Positions 46,297-58,765 of a DNA stretch of 64,000 bases are shown here, in pieces (positions within the stretch are counted from its first letter, which is position 1; each line of letters opens with the position of its first letter). The notes beneath the pieces are model-generated. The model did not search any database. It was not told the DNA's origin and saw only the letters and a program-made list of their open reading frames with translations. The translations under genes were made by a program, and so were the position numbers. The stretch is from the human T2T-CHM13v2.0 reference genome, Homo sapiens: the NCBI RefSeq assembly GCF_009914755.1, contig NC_060931.1. One strand, 5' to 3'.

Positions 46297-47545
46297 TTAT
46301 ATATATTTTATATATATAAAATCACTGGTTTTAAATATCAGTGATTATTTCTATCATATAATGTATGTTATATATAATGTAATATATATTTATATACAAA
46401 TTGTAAATATTTATATATGTTATATATAATATAGATCAGATATAATATATATTATATAATATATATTATATATAATTATATATATTATATAATATATATT
46501 ATATATAATTATATATATTATATATAATTATATATATTTTATAATTATATATATTTTATATTATATATAATTATATATAAAATATATATAATATATAATA
46601 TAAAATATAGATAATATATATTATGTACATATAATATATATAATTATATATAATATATATTATATATAATATAAATTATATATGGTATATTATATAATAT
46701 ATATTATAATTTTATATAATTATATAAATTATATATTATATAATTATATAAATTATATATTATATAATTATATAAATTATATATTATATAATTATATAAA
46801 TTATATATTATATAATTATATAAATTATATATTATATAATTATATAAATTATATATTATATTATATATTATATTATATATTATATAATATCTTGATATAA
46901 AATATATATTATATATTATATATAATATATTATATATAATATAAATTATATATGGTATATTATATATTATATATTATAATTTTACATAATTATATGAATT
47001 ATATGGATTATATAATTATATGAATTATATGGATTATATAATTATATGAATTATATGGATTATATAATTATATGAATTATATGGATTATATAATTATATG
47101 AATTATATGGATTATATAATTATATGAATTATATGGATTATATAATTATATGAATTATATGGATTATATAATTATATGAATTATATGGATTATATAATTA
47201 TATGAATTATATGGATTATATAATTATATGAATTATATGGATTATATAATTATATGAATTATATGGATTATATAATTATAAATATTTATATATTAATATA
47301 AATATTTATATAAAATATATAATATATAATATATATTATATATAATTTATTATTATATATATTTATTATATATATTTATATTGTATATAATGTAATATAT
47401 AATATATAATATAATTATATTATATATTTATATTATATATTATATATAATATATAATTATACATAATATATATAATATATAATTATATAATATATAATAC
47501 ATAATATATAATTATATATAATATATAATACATAATATATATAAT
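46297..47545. repeat. AT-rich array 2 with 24-bp and 26-bp minisatellite blocks
   Basis: 24-mer ttatataattatataaattatata about 6 times (46711-46860); 26-mer ttatataattatatgaattatatgga 11 times (GG at 47005 to 47265, period 26). Confidence 0.95.
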
Positions 47546-47913
47546 CACTGATTTTAAAAAGTTACAAAGTTAACAGTTGGAAGTCATTTGTTTAATTTGT
47601 ATTCTATTTCCTAATATTCCTGTGTACTATATTTTTGTGAAACTTCATATTTTTAAACAATAATGAAACACAAAAAAATTATAAAGATAACTGTAGCCAA
47701 GTCAAAGAAAACAAAGCAAAAGGAAGACCCTCACTGAATGCTCAATCTCAAACTTCTCAGCCATCAGAATCGTGAGACAAATAAACTTTTTTCCTTTATA
47801 AACTATCAAGGCTTAAGTATTCTCTTATGGCAATATGAAACAGACTAAGACAGGTATAAATTTAGTGATATTAGTATAAATTGTTAAAACTCTTTTAAGA
47901 CTGAAAATTAATT
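47541..47913. repeat. Inverted copy of 46115-46300 joined to an inverted copy of 45524-45710
   Basis: Direct reverse-complement comparison. Confidence 0.95.
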
Positions 47914-48500
47914 GGCCCATTAATCTCTCAATAATAGAAATGCAAAGACTTTGAATTCATGTGCTCAATCTAAGTCAACAGCCTCTACAGAACTCTCTTC
48001 TATAGTAAAGATGAAAAAGAAAGAATGAATGTCAGAGAGCAGCTCAGATCCTGTAGTGCTAGGACCAAAAGTTAGAAAAAACAATTGGTAATAAAACAAT
48101 TCATATACTTATTTCACAAGGAAGGAAAAAGTCACAAAGATATCTACTGTAGACTATACAAACCTAAACTCATCAATAGTAGATTCTAAAAGATATATTA
48201 ATTGGCTTTTTTTAAAGTCAGGAACTCTAAGTGACTCATAACTATTATTTGTGTTTCCTCCCAGATAACTGCCTAATGATCCTAAACTCCCTTGCTGTAA
48301 TATTAATACCAAGGCCAAAATTAAGCCAGACTGTTTTTCTTTCACATCTTTAGATTCACTTTTCAAATACACTACTTTAAATAAACTATGAAAAAATACC
48401 TAAATGATAGTAAAAATAAGTGATATGCATTCACTTAGGCTTAATGAAAACACATAAATTTTCAACAATATAAAACATGAAATCATAATTCATTACATAC

Positions 48501-48678
48501 CACAGCACTCAGGACATTTTGGATGTTGCTGGACATTCATTCCATATCCTGGAAAGCAGCGATTAATCCAAACCATTTGGAGAGTACCTTCAATATAGTA
48601 TATTTGAGGTAATTGTTCTGCACGTCTGCCAAGAATTTCTACTTGTTGATTAAAAAATCTCTCTATGAGATTTTTAGC
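48501..48678 (-). CDS. ZPBP: ZPBP penultimate coding exon (178 bp)
   Basis: Minus strand reads tttatattttAG|GCT AAA AAT...TGC TGT G|GTatgt and translates [59 protein letters not shown] plus 1 nt. Recognised as human ZPBP; the phase matches the terminal exon. Confidence 0.97.
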
Positions 48679-49580
48679 CTAAAATATAAATACAATTTGA
48701 TAAACTGTTAGCCATAAAAAATGTAATTTTAGAACAAATAAGGATGCATGTGGATTTAGAATTTGAAGAAAACAAAGTCTCAAGGTCATTATTTTTTCTT
48801 GCACTCACAGACTATAAATAAAACACACAAAACTGAAAAGATGTCATCTATAAACATCAAATATTTCTAAATGCACTTCCAATTACAATGCAAAGAAATC
48901 ATTTGAAGATTTCTTTTTGGTCCCTTTGTATTTTGAATAATACAGGAATAAGTATATGAGCAAAATCAAGAAAGCTCTTTGAAATTGATTAAGAAATGTA
49001 ATGTACTTTAAAATAATATATTATAAGCATCTGTAAGAAGCTTATCCTGAGGCACAACATCAACTCTTTTCACAAAGAAAAATTTAATTTAAAAACAAAA
49101 AAAATATAACTTCTAGCTCTGTTTCAAAAATTAAATCTAAAAAAATAAAGCATCATTCTGATCTATAATTATCTTTATGTTTGTAATAATTATACTGGCT
49201 TGCCTCCTAAAATTAACAAGAGCCTTAGACTTCTCTGACTGCTAAGATCTATGCATTCAAGTATGAGGTACGCATAAATTCAAACTGCTACAAGCTAGTT
49301 AGTTCTACTCATTCTGCCACACTAACTAGCACCTCCAATCTAGTCAGGAGCAGGGATAAATGGACCACACAGGCTGATCTATAACTACTAATGGTGCACC
49401 TCATGTCTACTGAGTTCTTCCAATATCTTGTAAATTACACCTCTTCCATTACAATTTCTATAATGTCCAGGTTCTCCCATGCAAAAACACCCACAAAGGG
49501 TGATAAAATAATAACTCTGTCTCACACATAAAGTAACTTAAAATATTGCATAAAATTATTTTCAGGTTATCTATATAAGG

Positions 49581-49917
49581 CAGTGGTTCATAACCTTTTT
49601 GGCACTAGGGAATGGTTTTATGGAAGACAGTTTTTTCACAGACCAGGGTGGTAGGATGTTTTTGGGATGAAACTGTTCTACTTTAGATAATCAGGCACTA
49701 AGATTCTCATAAGGAGCGTGCCACCTAGATCCCTTCCATGTGGAGTTCACAATAGGGTTTGTGATCCAATGAGAATCTAATGCTGTCACTGATCTGACAG
49801 GAAGCGGGGCTCAGGCAGTAACGTTCGCTTGCTGCTACTCTCCTTCTGCTGTGTGGCCTGTTTCCTATCAGGCCATGGACTGGTACTGGTCCGAGGCCTG
49901 GGGATTGGGGACCCCTA
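49581..49917 (+). mobile_element. MER1B-like hAT MITE
   Basis: cagtggttcataacc...ggattggggaccccta termini; 8-bp TSD atataagg/gtataagg. Confidence 0.9.
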
Positions 49918-50005
49918 GTATAAGGTATATATGAAACATAAATAAATTTTCTATTTAGATTTGGGTTCCATCCCCATGATATCTCATTTTATATATATGC
50001 AAATA

Positions 50006-50602
50006 CAGCAGGTCCTCAAATAATGTCCTTTCCTTCAATGTCATTTTGTTATAATGTTGAAGAGAAAAAAAATGCTTCCTAGCTAGGCCACTGTGCATGT
50101 GGAGTCTGCATGTTCTCCTCATGTCTGCATGAGTTTTCTCCAGGTACTCTGGTTTCCTCCCACATCTCAAAGATGCACGTTACATTAATTGGCATGGCTA
50201 AATTGTCCCCCTGGGAGTAAGTGTGGATGTGTGTGAGTGCACCCTGTGATGGAATGGTACCCTGTCCAGCGTTGGTTCCCACCTTGAGCGCTGAGCTACC
50301 TGAATAGGCTCCAGCCACCTGTGACACTGAACTGGAACAAGTAAATAATTATTATACTTTGTTTTTATTACTCTTTCTTAAATATATGTATTTCTCACAT
50401 TTATTTCAATGTTTAATATTAAAAATGTTTTGGGTCTTTATTTCAAAATGTGGTGATATTTTTGCAACCAGAAATATGCCAGAGGAACTTAACTCTTGTT
50501 TATATCATTTAGCCTGTGGTAAAATTTATTTTGTGATATGTCATTTTGCTTAAAGTTGCAGTTTCCAGAAGCCTATTGATGAAATTAAGTGAAGACTTAC
50601 TG
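50006..50602 (+). mobile_element. MER6-like TcMar/Tigger element
   Basis: cagcaggtcctcaaataatgtc...aagtgaagacttactg termini with a TA duplication. Confidence 0.85.
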
Positions 50603-50847
50603 TATTTCAAAATCTGAAAATATCTGAAATCTAAAATACTTCTGGTTCCAACCATTTCAGATAAAGGATACTCAAAATATGTGTTATGAAATTAATTGCA
50701 TTTAAATTTGAGACTATAATTAAAAGTGTCAGGAGACACATTCCTAATCACTCAGATTACATCACACAGAGCCTAATTAGGCTTCCTAATACCCCATGCA
50801 AAAAAAAAAAAAAAAACCTAAATGAAGTTAGACCTGAGAAAACCTAG

Positions 50848-51265
50848 TGATAGATGCAGGAGGCAGATAAGGGAGGATCCCTGGAGAATCCCCAACCTGC
50901 CCCACAAGTGTTTACATCAGATGCTTTTGTGCAGATGTGGGAACCTGCCAAGGGTCTTGTCTGCACATGCTGGCAACAGACTGGGGGCCTGCCTGCACAC
51001 TGGGAAAATGGGGTGCAGCCACTGGGGATTCATGCCTTAAGCAGTGAGAAGAGACCTGGCCCCTTCAGCTGGTGTGTGTGGTGACCTGGTATGCAATCTG
51101 TGAGTTGGGAGCCTGCTGGCAGAACCCCTTTTTTTTCACTGAGAGCGTTCTTTAATAAATTCTGCTCTCCTCAAACTTTCAATGTGTCCATGCACCTAAT
51201 TTTTCCTGGTTGTGTGATAAGGACCTAGATTTTAGCTGAACTAAGGAGCAAAATATCTTGCATCA
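50848..51265 (+). mobile_element. ERV1 (MER4-group, LTR43-like) 5' LTR
   Basis: TG...CA termini, AATAAA at ~51155, followed by a PBS. Confidence 0.85.
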
Positions 51266-51268
51266 TTT

Positions 51269-51286
51269 TGGTGGCCCATGTGGGGA
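51269..51286 (+). promoter_or_regulatory. Primer-binding site, tRNA-Ile-like
   Basis: tggtggcccatgtgggga compared with the Ile PBS tggtggcccgtacgggga; splice donor aagGTGAGT at ~51298. Confidence 0.7.
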
Positions 51287-52883
51287 CATGAAGAAAGGTG
51301 AGTAAAATGCAGATCAAAGCATCTTTTCCCCTCTTGTATCTGAGCCTTTTTGTCCTTGGACTTCTGAGAGTAGAAGAAACTGTATCCCCCACCCTCCGTT
51401 GCTCCTGGGGGTCAGGAATGTCAACCTTGGTCTAACCCAGCCTTTTCTACAGCATTTTCCTTCTTTTTTTCAGGAGTGTAATGGCACCACCCCACCACAA
51501 TGGCCGCAGGCACCCATGGGACTGAAAGGCAAGCAGCAGCACCCCATTCCCCCTTCCCTCCCAGCTGGGGCTGGGGCCCATGCCCAAAGGGTCCTGCGTG
51601 GCAGGCTGGCCAGCATTCCCTGCCACGTGTGTATCCACAGTGTCTTCCCCTCCCTTGGCCAAGAAGTCCAGCTCTGTTCCAGCCCCAGGGAAGAAACAGC
51701 AATTAAGTTTCCCTCCTTGTTGGAAGAACCATTCGCATAAGAATAAGAGGTTCTTCCCTCAGTTAACACAGCCCTGAACTTTAAGCTGTTTTTCTTTTTT
51801 TTTTCTCCACCAGGTCAAGAGTTAACTTTTATGCAAAAGGCTTTTTTCCTTTTAGAAGACATTTTACTAGGCCAGGACCCCAACTATCACTGTTTATATT
51901 CTCCATAAAGTTTTATTTATGAAAAAGGATTTGTGAGGCTGGTCTTAAGTTACAGCCAATCTGGAGTGGTTCACATGTCTTTACGGTTCTGTCAAAAAGA
52001 GGGGTATCTTAGGATGGGATATGGGCCCAGGACTCCATAGGCCCTCTATTAAAGACAGTCTGGTAAACTGGTCAGTGGCAAACTTCGCTGCAGGCCTTCA
52101 TCTTGTTTTATGTCCTTGGAAGCATGACCTGTAAGCAGGTGGCAGTGCTTTTAGCCTCCAACATTTTACAGCGGCGGCCTGGGTTCAATCTTGGCTTAGG
52201 GAGTGAGTCCTTTCTGGTTTGATATCTGTGTGACCTTTGACATTTGTTGATTCTCTTCCCCTCCACGAACCACCTTGAATTTTCCTCTCTGAGCACCTGG
52301 GAGATTACCTTTGATAAAGTTTCAAAGCTACAAATATTGGTTGTTTGGCATGGATAAAGTCAGGTAATAAGGGATTTAAAAGGATTTTTTTAAAGAGCAC
52401 TCAGCTTAATTCAAAGTGGATATCCAAGTTATAAGTATATTTAAAAGGCCTTTATGTTTTTCTCTTCCTAAACTTTATTTTCCTGGAAAAAGATTTTTTT
52501 CTCAGTCGACTAAACTATTTTTCTCCATTTTGCCTTGCCTATCTTAATGGGTGCATGAGAGGCCCCAAGATAATTTCTCATGGCCTGGGAATCCTTGGGA
52601 AAAACAGAAAAGGTGCCACAAATTCCATTTTGGGAGAGACCTCTGTTTTCCTAAAGGAGTCCTAGGAATTAGAGGTGGCTAGATCCCTCTCAAAATCTGT
52701 TTTTAATCTTCCAGCTATACCTGTTTATTAGGCCCTGGAAACTGCATGCTTTCCTAGCCTTGCTTTAAGCCTTTTTAGCCTTAGAGAGTTCCATCCAGAG
52801 GCCAATAATCCAATTAGGAGACTGGCAAACAGTCTAAATAGTTACTGGATCTTCTTCTGCCTTTCTGTGTAGTTATATATGTG

Positions 52884-52885
<2 letters not shown>

Positions 52886-52920
<35 letters not shown>
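52886..52920. repeat. (TG)n microsatellite
   Basis: Read directly from the sequence. Confidence 0.97.
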
Positions 52921-52921
<1 letters not shown>

Positions 52922-55900
52922 AATGTCTATAAAAAAGAGCTCTAATTAACTGATTTGAAGGATAAGCACTTGGATCAAATATTTTTTAAAAGGAAAATAA
53001 AAGCTGTGGGACCTTTTAGTTCACGTGACATTAATTTTTGAAAAATAAAAACAGCCTTAAAGACTATTGGTAAAATGCAGATGTTGTCAAAATGTAAATT
53101 TTTACCTAGGGTTAAAGGACTGTTTTGAATTAGATAAGATAAAGCTAAAAGTTCAAACAAGTTGTGGAAGAATTGTAAAAATTAATCTTGCGAAAGAAAT
53201 TTCATGTGTGAATACATTAAATTCAACAGAGTATTATATGGTTTTTCTGTAAATTAAGCATTAAAAGCATAACAAAATACTCTTAATGCACTAATCTGCT
53301 CTTTAGCTAAATCTGTAAAAGGTTATACAAGGTTTTTGCTTTTAAAAAAATTCTAAGTCATCATTTTAGAAAAATAAATAATATGGAAATTTGGAATTCT
53401 TTCATATCATCAAGTGTTTTAAGCCTCTAACATACTTAACAAGCCTCCTCAAATCAAACCTCAGTTTCAAAAATTGTCTTTCCTGACACCTAGCTTTTAG
53501 ATGCTACAGAGGGCCCCTGGAGCATCTAGAAGAGTGGTAAACAAGATTATTTGACATGTTTAGGTACATGGGATTGCCAAAATGATGCTTAATCTTCTTT
53601 AGGTTATATTTTATGTAATAATGTTAATTTGTGTTCCAAAATTGTATGGGATTTCTAAAATTCTGAGTATATGCTATCAATCACAATTAAGGTTGTTATG
53701 CTAAGTTATTATAAACCACAGAGATAACCAAATTTCTTTGTTAGTCATGTTTCTAACTGTAACTACCATGGACATTCTATTATTCACAGATAATTGTTGT
53801 CTTATTTTAATCCTCTTCAAAGGATGGTTTATAATCAGCCACAAAACTCTGACAGGCAGTCTCAAATGCAGGTTTCTGAAAACTCTGGAGATTGTGACAT
53901 TGGAATAAAGGAAAAACATACAGGACTCAGGAAGAGTTGAAATGTTCACAAATATCAAGCAAAACAAGAGTTAACTGAATGGACTGAATTAATAGAAAAC
54001 TGAAGTAATGTTTTCAGTAATGACTTTTGATTGGAACATTGCTGATCTTTGTTTTGTTTTTCAGAGTCAAGGAAGCTTATTTTGAGCTATTTATGACCTT
54101 TAATAATTGAGTAAGTTATACTCCTATGAACAAAATTTGGAGCATATTTGTCTCTCTCTCTCTGTGCATGGCTTCTTCAGAATTTGGAAACTAGTTCTGA
54201 GTATTCTTAATTTATGCCGTTATAGTTGTTTGCATCAGTACAATAAGGATCCATTTTCTTTTGCAACAGGAATGCAATTGGAGAAATTGGTTGTTTTACC
54301 AAGGCTTTGACTGGAAGGGTATGCTTCCCTTTAAGGAATCAAGCTCGACTTGCAGATAAAGGTCCCATGGGAGAAACTGGCCTCATACCTTGTGTACACA
54401 GTCCCTGTACGGGGTTCCTAACCTGTGGAAAGTAAAGAATGTCAGTTTCTAACAGGCCCGGGAACCCCATGCTCTAGGGACCTCAAGAAGAGAGGAGTTT
54501 GCCCAACTCACAGGTTTGAGGGTACAAACCCATGGCTGGGCTTGGCTTTAGAAAGTCCTATCTGAGATTCCTTGTGGAACAGAGTTCCATCAAAGTGAAT
54601 CCAAAAGGTCTATGTAAAAATAATTATTCTTGCTGCACTTTATGCAAATAATCAGGCCAAGTATAAGACTAAAGTCTATTTTGCAAACAAGTTAGTCCTA
54701 TCATGATTTGTTTTTAACAAAAATGAGGACTAGAGAGAGAGAAATTCTGTTTCAAAACTTATCATACATTTGTCATCAAAATCTACATTCATTAGTTGCT
54801 TTTAAGTTTTTGCCTACATTTTAGAGTAACCCTGCTTATTCCTGTGAACCAACCAGTAATCTCTGACTGCAGACCAGAAGGAAAAAAGGGGTATGGGTAA
54901 TGTAAAAATCTGGATCAATATTCTAGTTCTGAGCAATTATCCTGAAAATTCTGCCAGGTGATAGGAATAAATAGGGTGCCCATTACTCAGAGTTTTCCTT
55001 TTTGGGAAAGCAAGATCAAGGGAGCCAAACAAAGTCAAGACCCATCACCCAATCTTAGCAAGCATAACTATAGCCGCCAGTTTTCTTGGCATGTCACAGG
55101 ATATCCTTTTCTCTCCCTTGTTGGAAGAGGACTCAATTTTACAGCTTCACCTTAGCATTCAGTTTATGATAAAGAGTCCCCCCAAAACACATTTTTGTCC
55201 CAAATTCAATTCCAAGCTTCAGGTCAAAGCCCTAGGAAAGAAAACTGGATCTAAGGGATCCAGAGGCAGACAATAATGGAAGTTAAAAGGCACAGAACAG
55301 GTAAGCATGACTAATTCCTGCTGATTAAGCCAAACCTCCTGTTTCATGGATAAATGTCATTCTAGTATCCATGGCATAAATGAGGTCTAGAAAACTCAAA
55401 GGCTACTGACAGCAGAGGGGATAGGGCGTATGTGGGTAAGAGCAGATATTCCCACCCCCTTGGGCACCCCATTAATATGGGTGAAAGCCGCTTTGACACC
55501 CATGGACAGCACCCTGTCGTAGTCACCAGACTCAGGGATACAAGGACGGATGAAAGAAAGAGGGATGCCTCACTTTCTCGTCCTCATATACCCTGGATAT
55601 TCACTAGGAAGAGAAGGGAAACTGGGATGAGTCGCTCCCCTCTTTCTAGATGAGTAGCCATTCATCTTCAGTCTGTACCCCTTTGGAATGCACCCTGCAA
55701 CCCTGGGACTCCTTTGAAAAAAACGTCCCCTGAAAAGAAAAGCTTTATAGAGGGATTAAGTATATATGGGGGGGGGACTATGTTTTACAATAATTGGTTG
55801 ATGGTTCAGGAAACAAAAAAAAAACTGTTACTGTTTCAACAATGAGCAATCTGTAAAATAAACACATTTTTGCATGAAAATGAACAGCTTATTTTAATTA

Positions 55901-56929
55901 CTACAATCTGTCCTACTGGCCATGCCAAGCTCATTGTGAATAAATATGACTGGAACAGCTTTAATATATGTTCTAGATTGGTCTAACACACCTAACAAGA
56001 AGTCTAACAAGATTAGTTAACAAGATTAGTTAACTAATTAGTCTAACAAGAAGGCAGCAACTAGCATTATGGGTGTTTTAGGATAGGCAACAGATATCAT
56101 ACAGGATTATAGTCCAACTAGGGCTCAAATATCCACTAGGGGAGAACTAGTAATTACAAGGTGTTACAGATATTATACTTATAAAATAGAGTTCTTTGAA
56201 TATCTCTGATTAACACCCATATTTGGGAATCTCTGGGATAAATGACTGTAATAATCAAAAGGGGTTGGAAAAATAATTTTAAAAAGGAGATGGAAACACA
56301 AAGGTGTCTTGAATGAACTGGAGAGAAATGTGAATTTTTGTAGGAAAGGGATTATTTTGATGCTCAGAATGCAAATAAGAGATGGGGTGTACAGACTTTA
56401 TAACATAAAGTCTCTACAGATAACTATAAAAAGTGATTAACCAGAAACTCAAAATTGTCCCTCTCTTGTTAGGAACATCAGAACAGCAATAATGTGATCT
56501 CATATTACTGAATTAGGCGGAGATATATGAGATTGAGCTAAATTTGAGAGCAAAAGCAAAGGAATGAGGAAGAAAGTAAGGGTTATATAATCTGAATTCT
56601 ATGAAAGCTGGAATTCACTCCTAAGAAACATAATTAATCCTAAAACTTCAGATCAGAAAATTTTCACTTTGCAATGTCGGGACAACTTCAATCCTGAAGC
56701 AAAAAGCAAAACAATCCATTCTTCCTTTGTTTTTTCTCCAGAAACTGAAACTTGCACTAGAAAATCAGGCTCTTCAAAAGAAAGATTAAAGACAAATTAT
56801 AATTTATATTTTGAAATTATTAGAGAGGTAAACTGGCATATTAAGTTTTTTTTAAGTAGTATATTTCTCACTGAAAAAAGCAGATGAGACAGAGAGTGGG
56901 CAGGTAGAAATGAAATTTAAAAATAGGAA

Positions 56930-58765
56930 AAATATGTCTATTTTTAGCCTTGTGGTGTCCTAGATACCCTGAGAAAACCTCCCGTCAAAAATCACCTAAC
57001 TGAAACACAGATTTTGTGTAGACACATTTCTACAGTAAGAGAGGGTGGGAGAAAGGGAAGAAAGAGAGGGAAAGAGGGAAAAAGAAAAGTAAGAATGTAG
57101 GAAGGAAGGGAGAGAAAGAAGGAAAAGGAGATGAGAGCTAAAACTGAGGAGAAAACTACAAACCTAACAATAGCTATGTCCCTAATTCACAGTGGACAAA
57201 GAAAATAAATTTGATTACAAAGGGGAGAAAACAAGGATTCTTAGAGGGTGGTAGAGGCAGGGAGGGTAGAGAGGTTGGAGGAGGAAAACTCCAGTATGAC
57301 TTCTTAGACCAAAGTGGCTATCTACTTACTGATAAAGGTCTAAAAAGCATGGCTTTATCAACCAGAATTATGAAGTAAATGATGAAATGAAGAAACATCG
57401 AAGCCACACCAGCCAAATTAGATCATCAAGCAATTCAGATAACTGAATATCAGTTACATAACATACAAAATGATTTTAAAAGTATATTTAAAATATATAA
57501 GCTTAAAATGGAATGAAAACACAAGGGAATCTGTATCATGAAAAGAGAGGAAACACATTTGAAAAATAAACTATTTGAAAACACATAATGAATGGAGTGA
57601 AATTAAAAATTAAATGGACAGCTTTAGCAGCAGATTAGACCTAAATGTAGCCACAATAATGAAACACAATGAATATCTGAAGATAATATTCAACATGAAA
57701 AACATAAACAGCTAGAAAAAAATATTACAATAGTATAAGAGAGATGGAGAAATCAATGAGAAAATCCAAATTACAGTGAATAGAAATTTCATTATTTTAG
57801 ATAACTTCATTGAGATATGATATAATTTACATAAAATGCATTTATTGCAAGTGTACCGCTGAACAGAAAAGCAAATGTAGAAAACGGAATTTTCAAAACA
57901 ATTCTGGCTGAAAATGTTTCTTAACTGCTGACAGCCAATGAATCCTCAGATCTGGGAGGCACAATAAATTCTGGAAGAAAAATGACAAGAGAAGGAAGGA
58001 CTAAAATATACGAAGAAAAGCAAATAAATAAATAAAATTGTGGGTAAATCTAAACAGACACTGATATTCTGAAACAATAACAAGTAGAAAAATAAAAGGA
58101 ATAGAACTAAAATACTAGAAACTAAAACAGTGAAAGATAAAAGCAAGTCAGGAGAGTTAAAGGTTCTTAAGGCCTTGTATATTTCAGGAATGTAAAATAA
58201 ACTAATTTTCAGGACTGCTGCCTGGTACATATGTTAAAACTTGAAGCAAAACCACTAAAATAAATATTTAAAGTGTACAACATCAAACAGAAAAATAAGG
58301 TAAAAAAAGTTTAATCAATTAAAAGAGGAAAATCTGAAGAACAGAAAACCAGGATAAATTATACATAAGAGAATGCTGAAAATCAATCCATATAGAATAA
58401 TAATTGTGACATGTAAATAATAAAGAAACTACCAAGGTAGAGCTATGAAAAGGAATCATTTTTTAAAAGACACAATCTAAAGAAGGCAAAATAAAAGGAA
58501 AAGGGCTACAAAGAACAGATAGGAAAAATAGAAAGAAATGACAAGATGTTGGATTTAAATCCAAATATATTGATAACTAAATTAAACACAATTGATTGAA
58601 ACATTCCAATTAAAATGAACCGATTGTCAACTGGATTGAAAAGCAGTCACCAACTATAGTCTATGAACAATAAATGTTTTTCTCTATATTAAAAACAATA
58701 AATTGTAAAATAAAATTTAAAAATATGTGTAACAACATTAAATAAGAAATACTTAGAACAAAAAT
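56930..58765 (+). mobile_element. Ancient L1ME/HAL1-like fragments with a purine-rich tract (57035-57135)
   Basis: A-rich ORF1-like remnants; highly diverged. Confidence 0.55.

Larger units (their letters stand above)
49530..50675. mobile_element. MER2/Tigger-like host element carrying two nested DNA transposons
   Basis: aaaatattgcataaaattattttcaggtta|...|tataaggtatatatgaaacataaat...tatgcaaata|...|tttcaaaatctgaaaatatctgaaatc...ttcagataaaggatactcaa. Confidence 0.8.
51266..55727 (+). mobile_element. ERV1 internal region: long non-coding leader ending in a gag N-terminal remnant; no 3' LTR
   Basis: MER4-group-like internal sequence; tttctAG|ATG at 55650 gives MSSHSSSVCTPLECTLQPWDSFE. Confidence 0.8.

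Noticed and set aside
46682-46900. ORF of LYNYINYI repeats; CRISPR-like periodicity
   Set aside because: Translation of a 24-bp AT minisatellite. There are no unique spacers and the context is eukaryotic.
51399-51777. Cluster of overlapping ORFs on both strands
   Set aside because: GC-rich ERV leader with few stops by composition; no recognisable protein.
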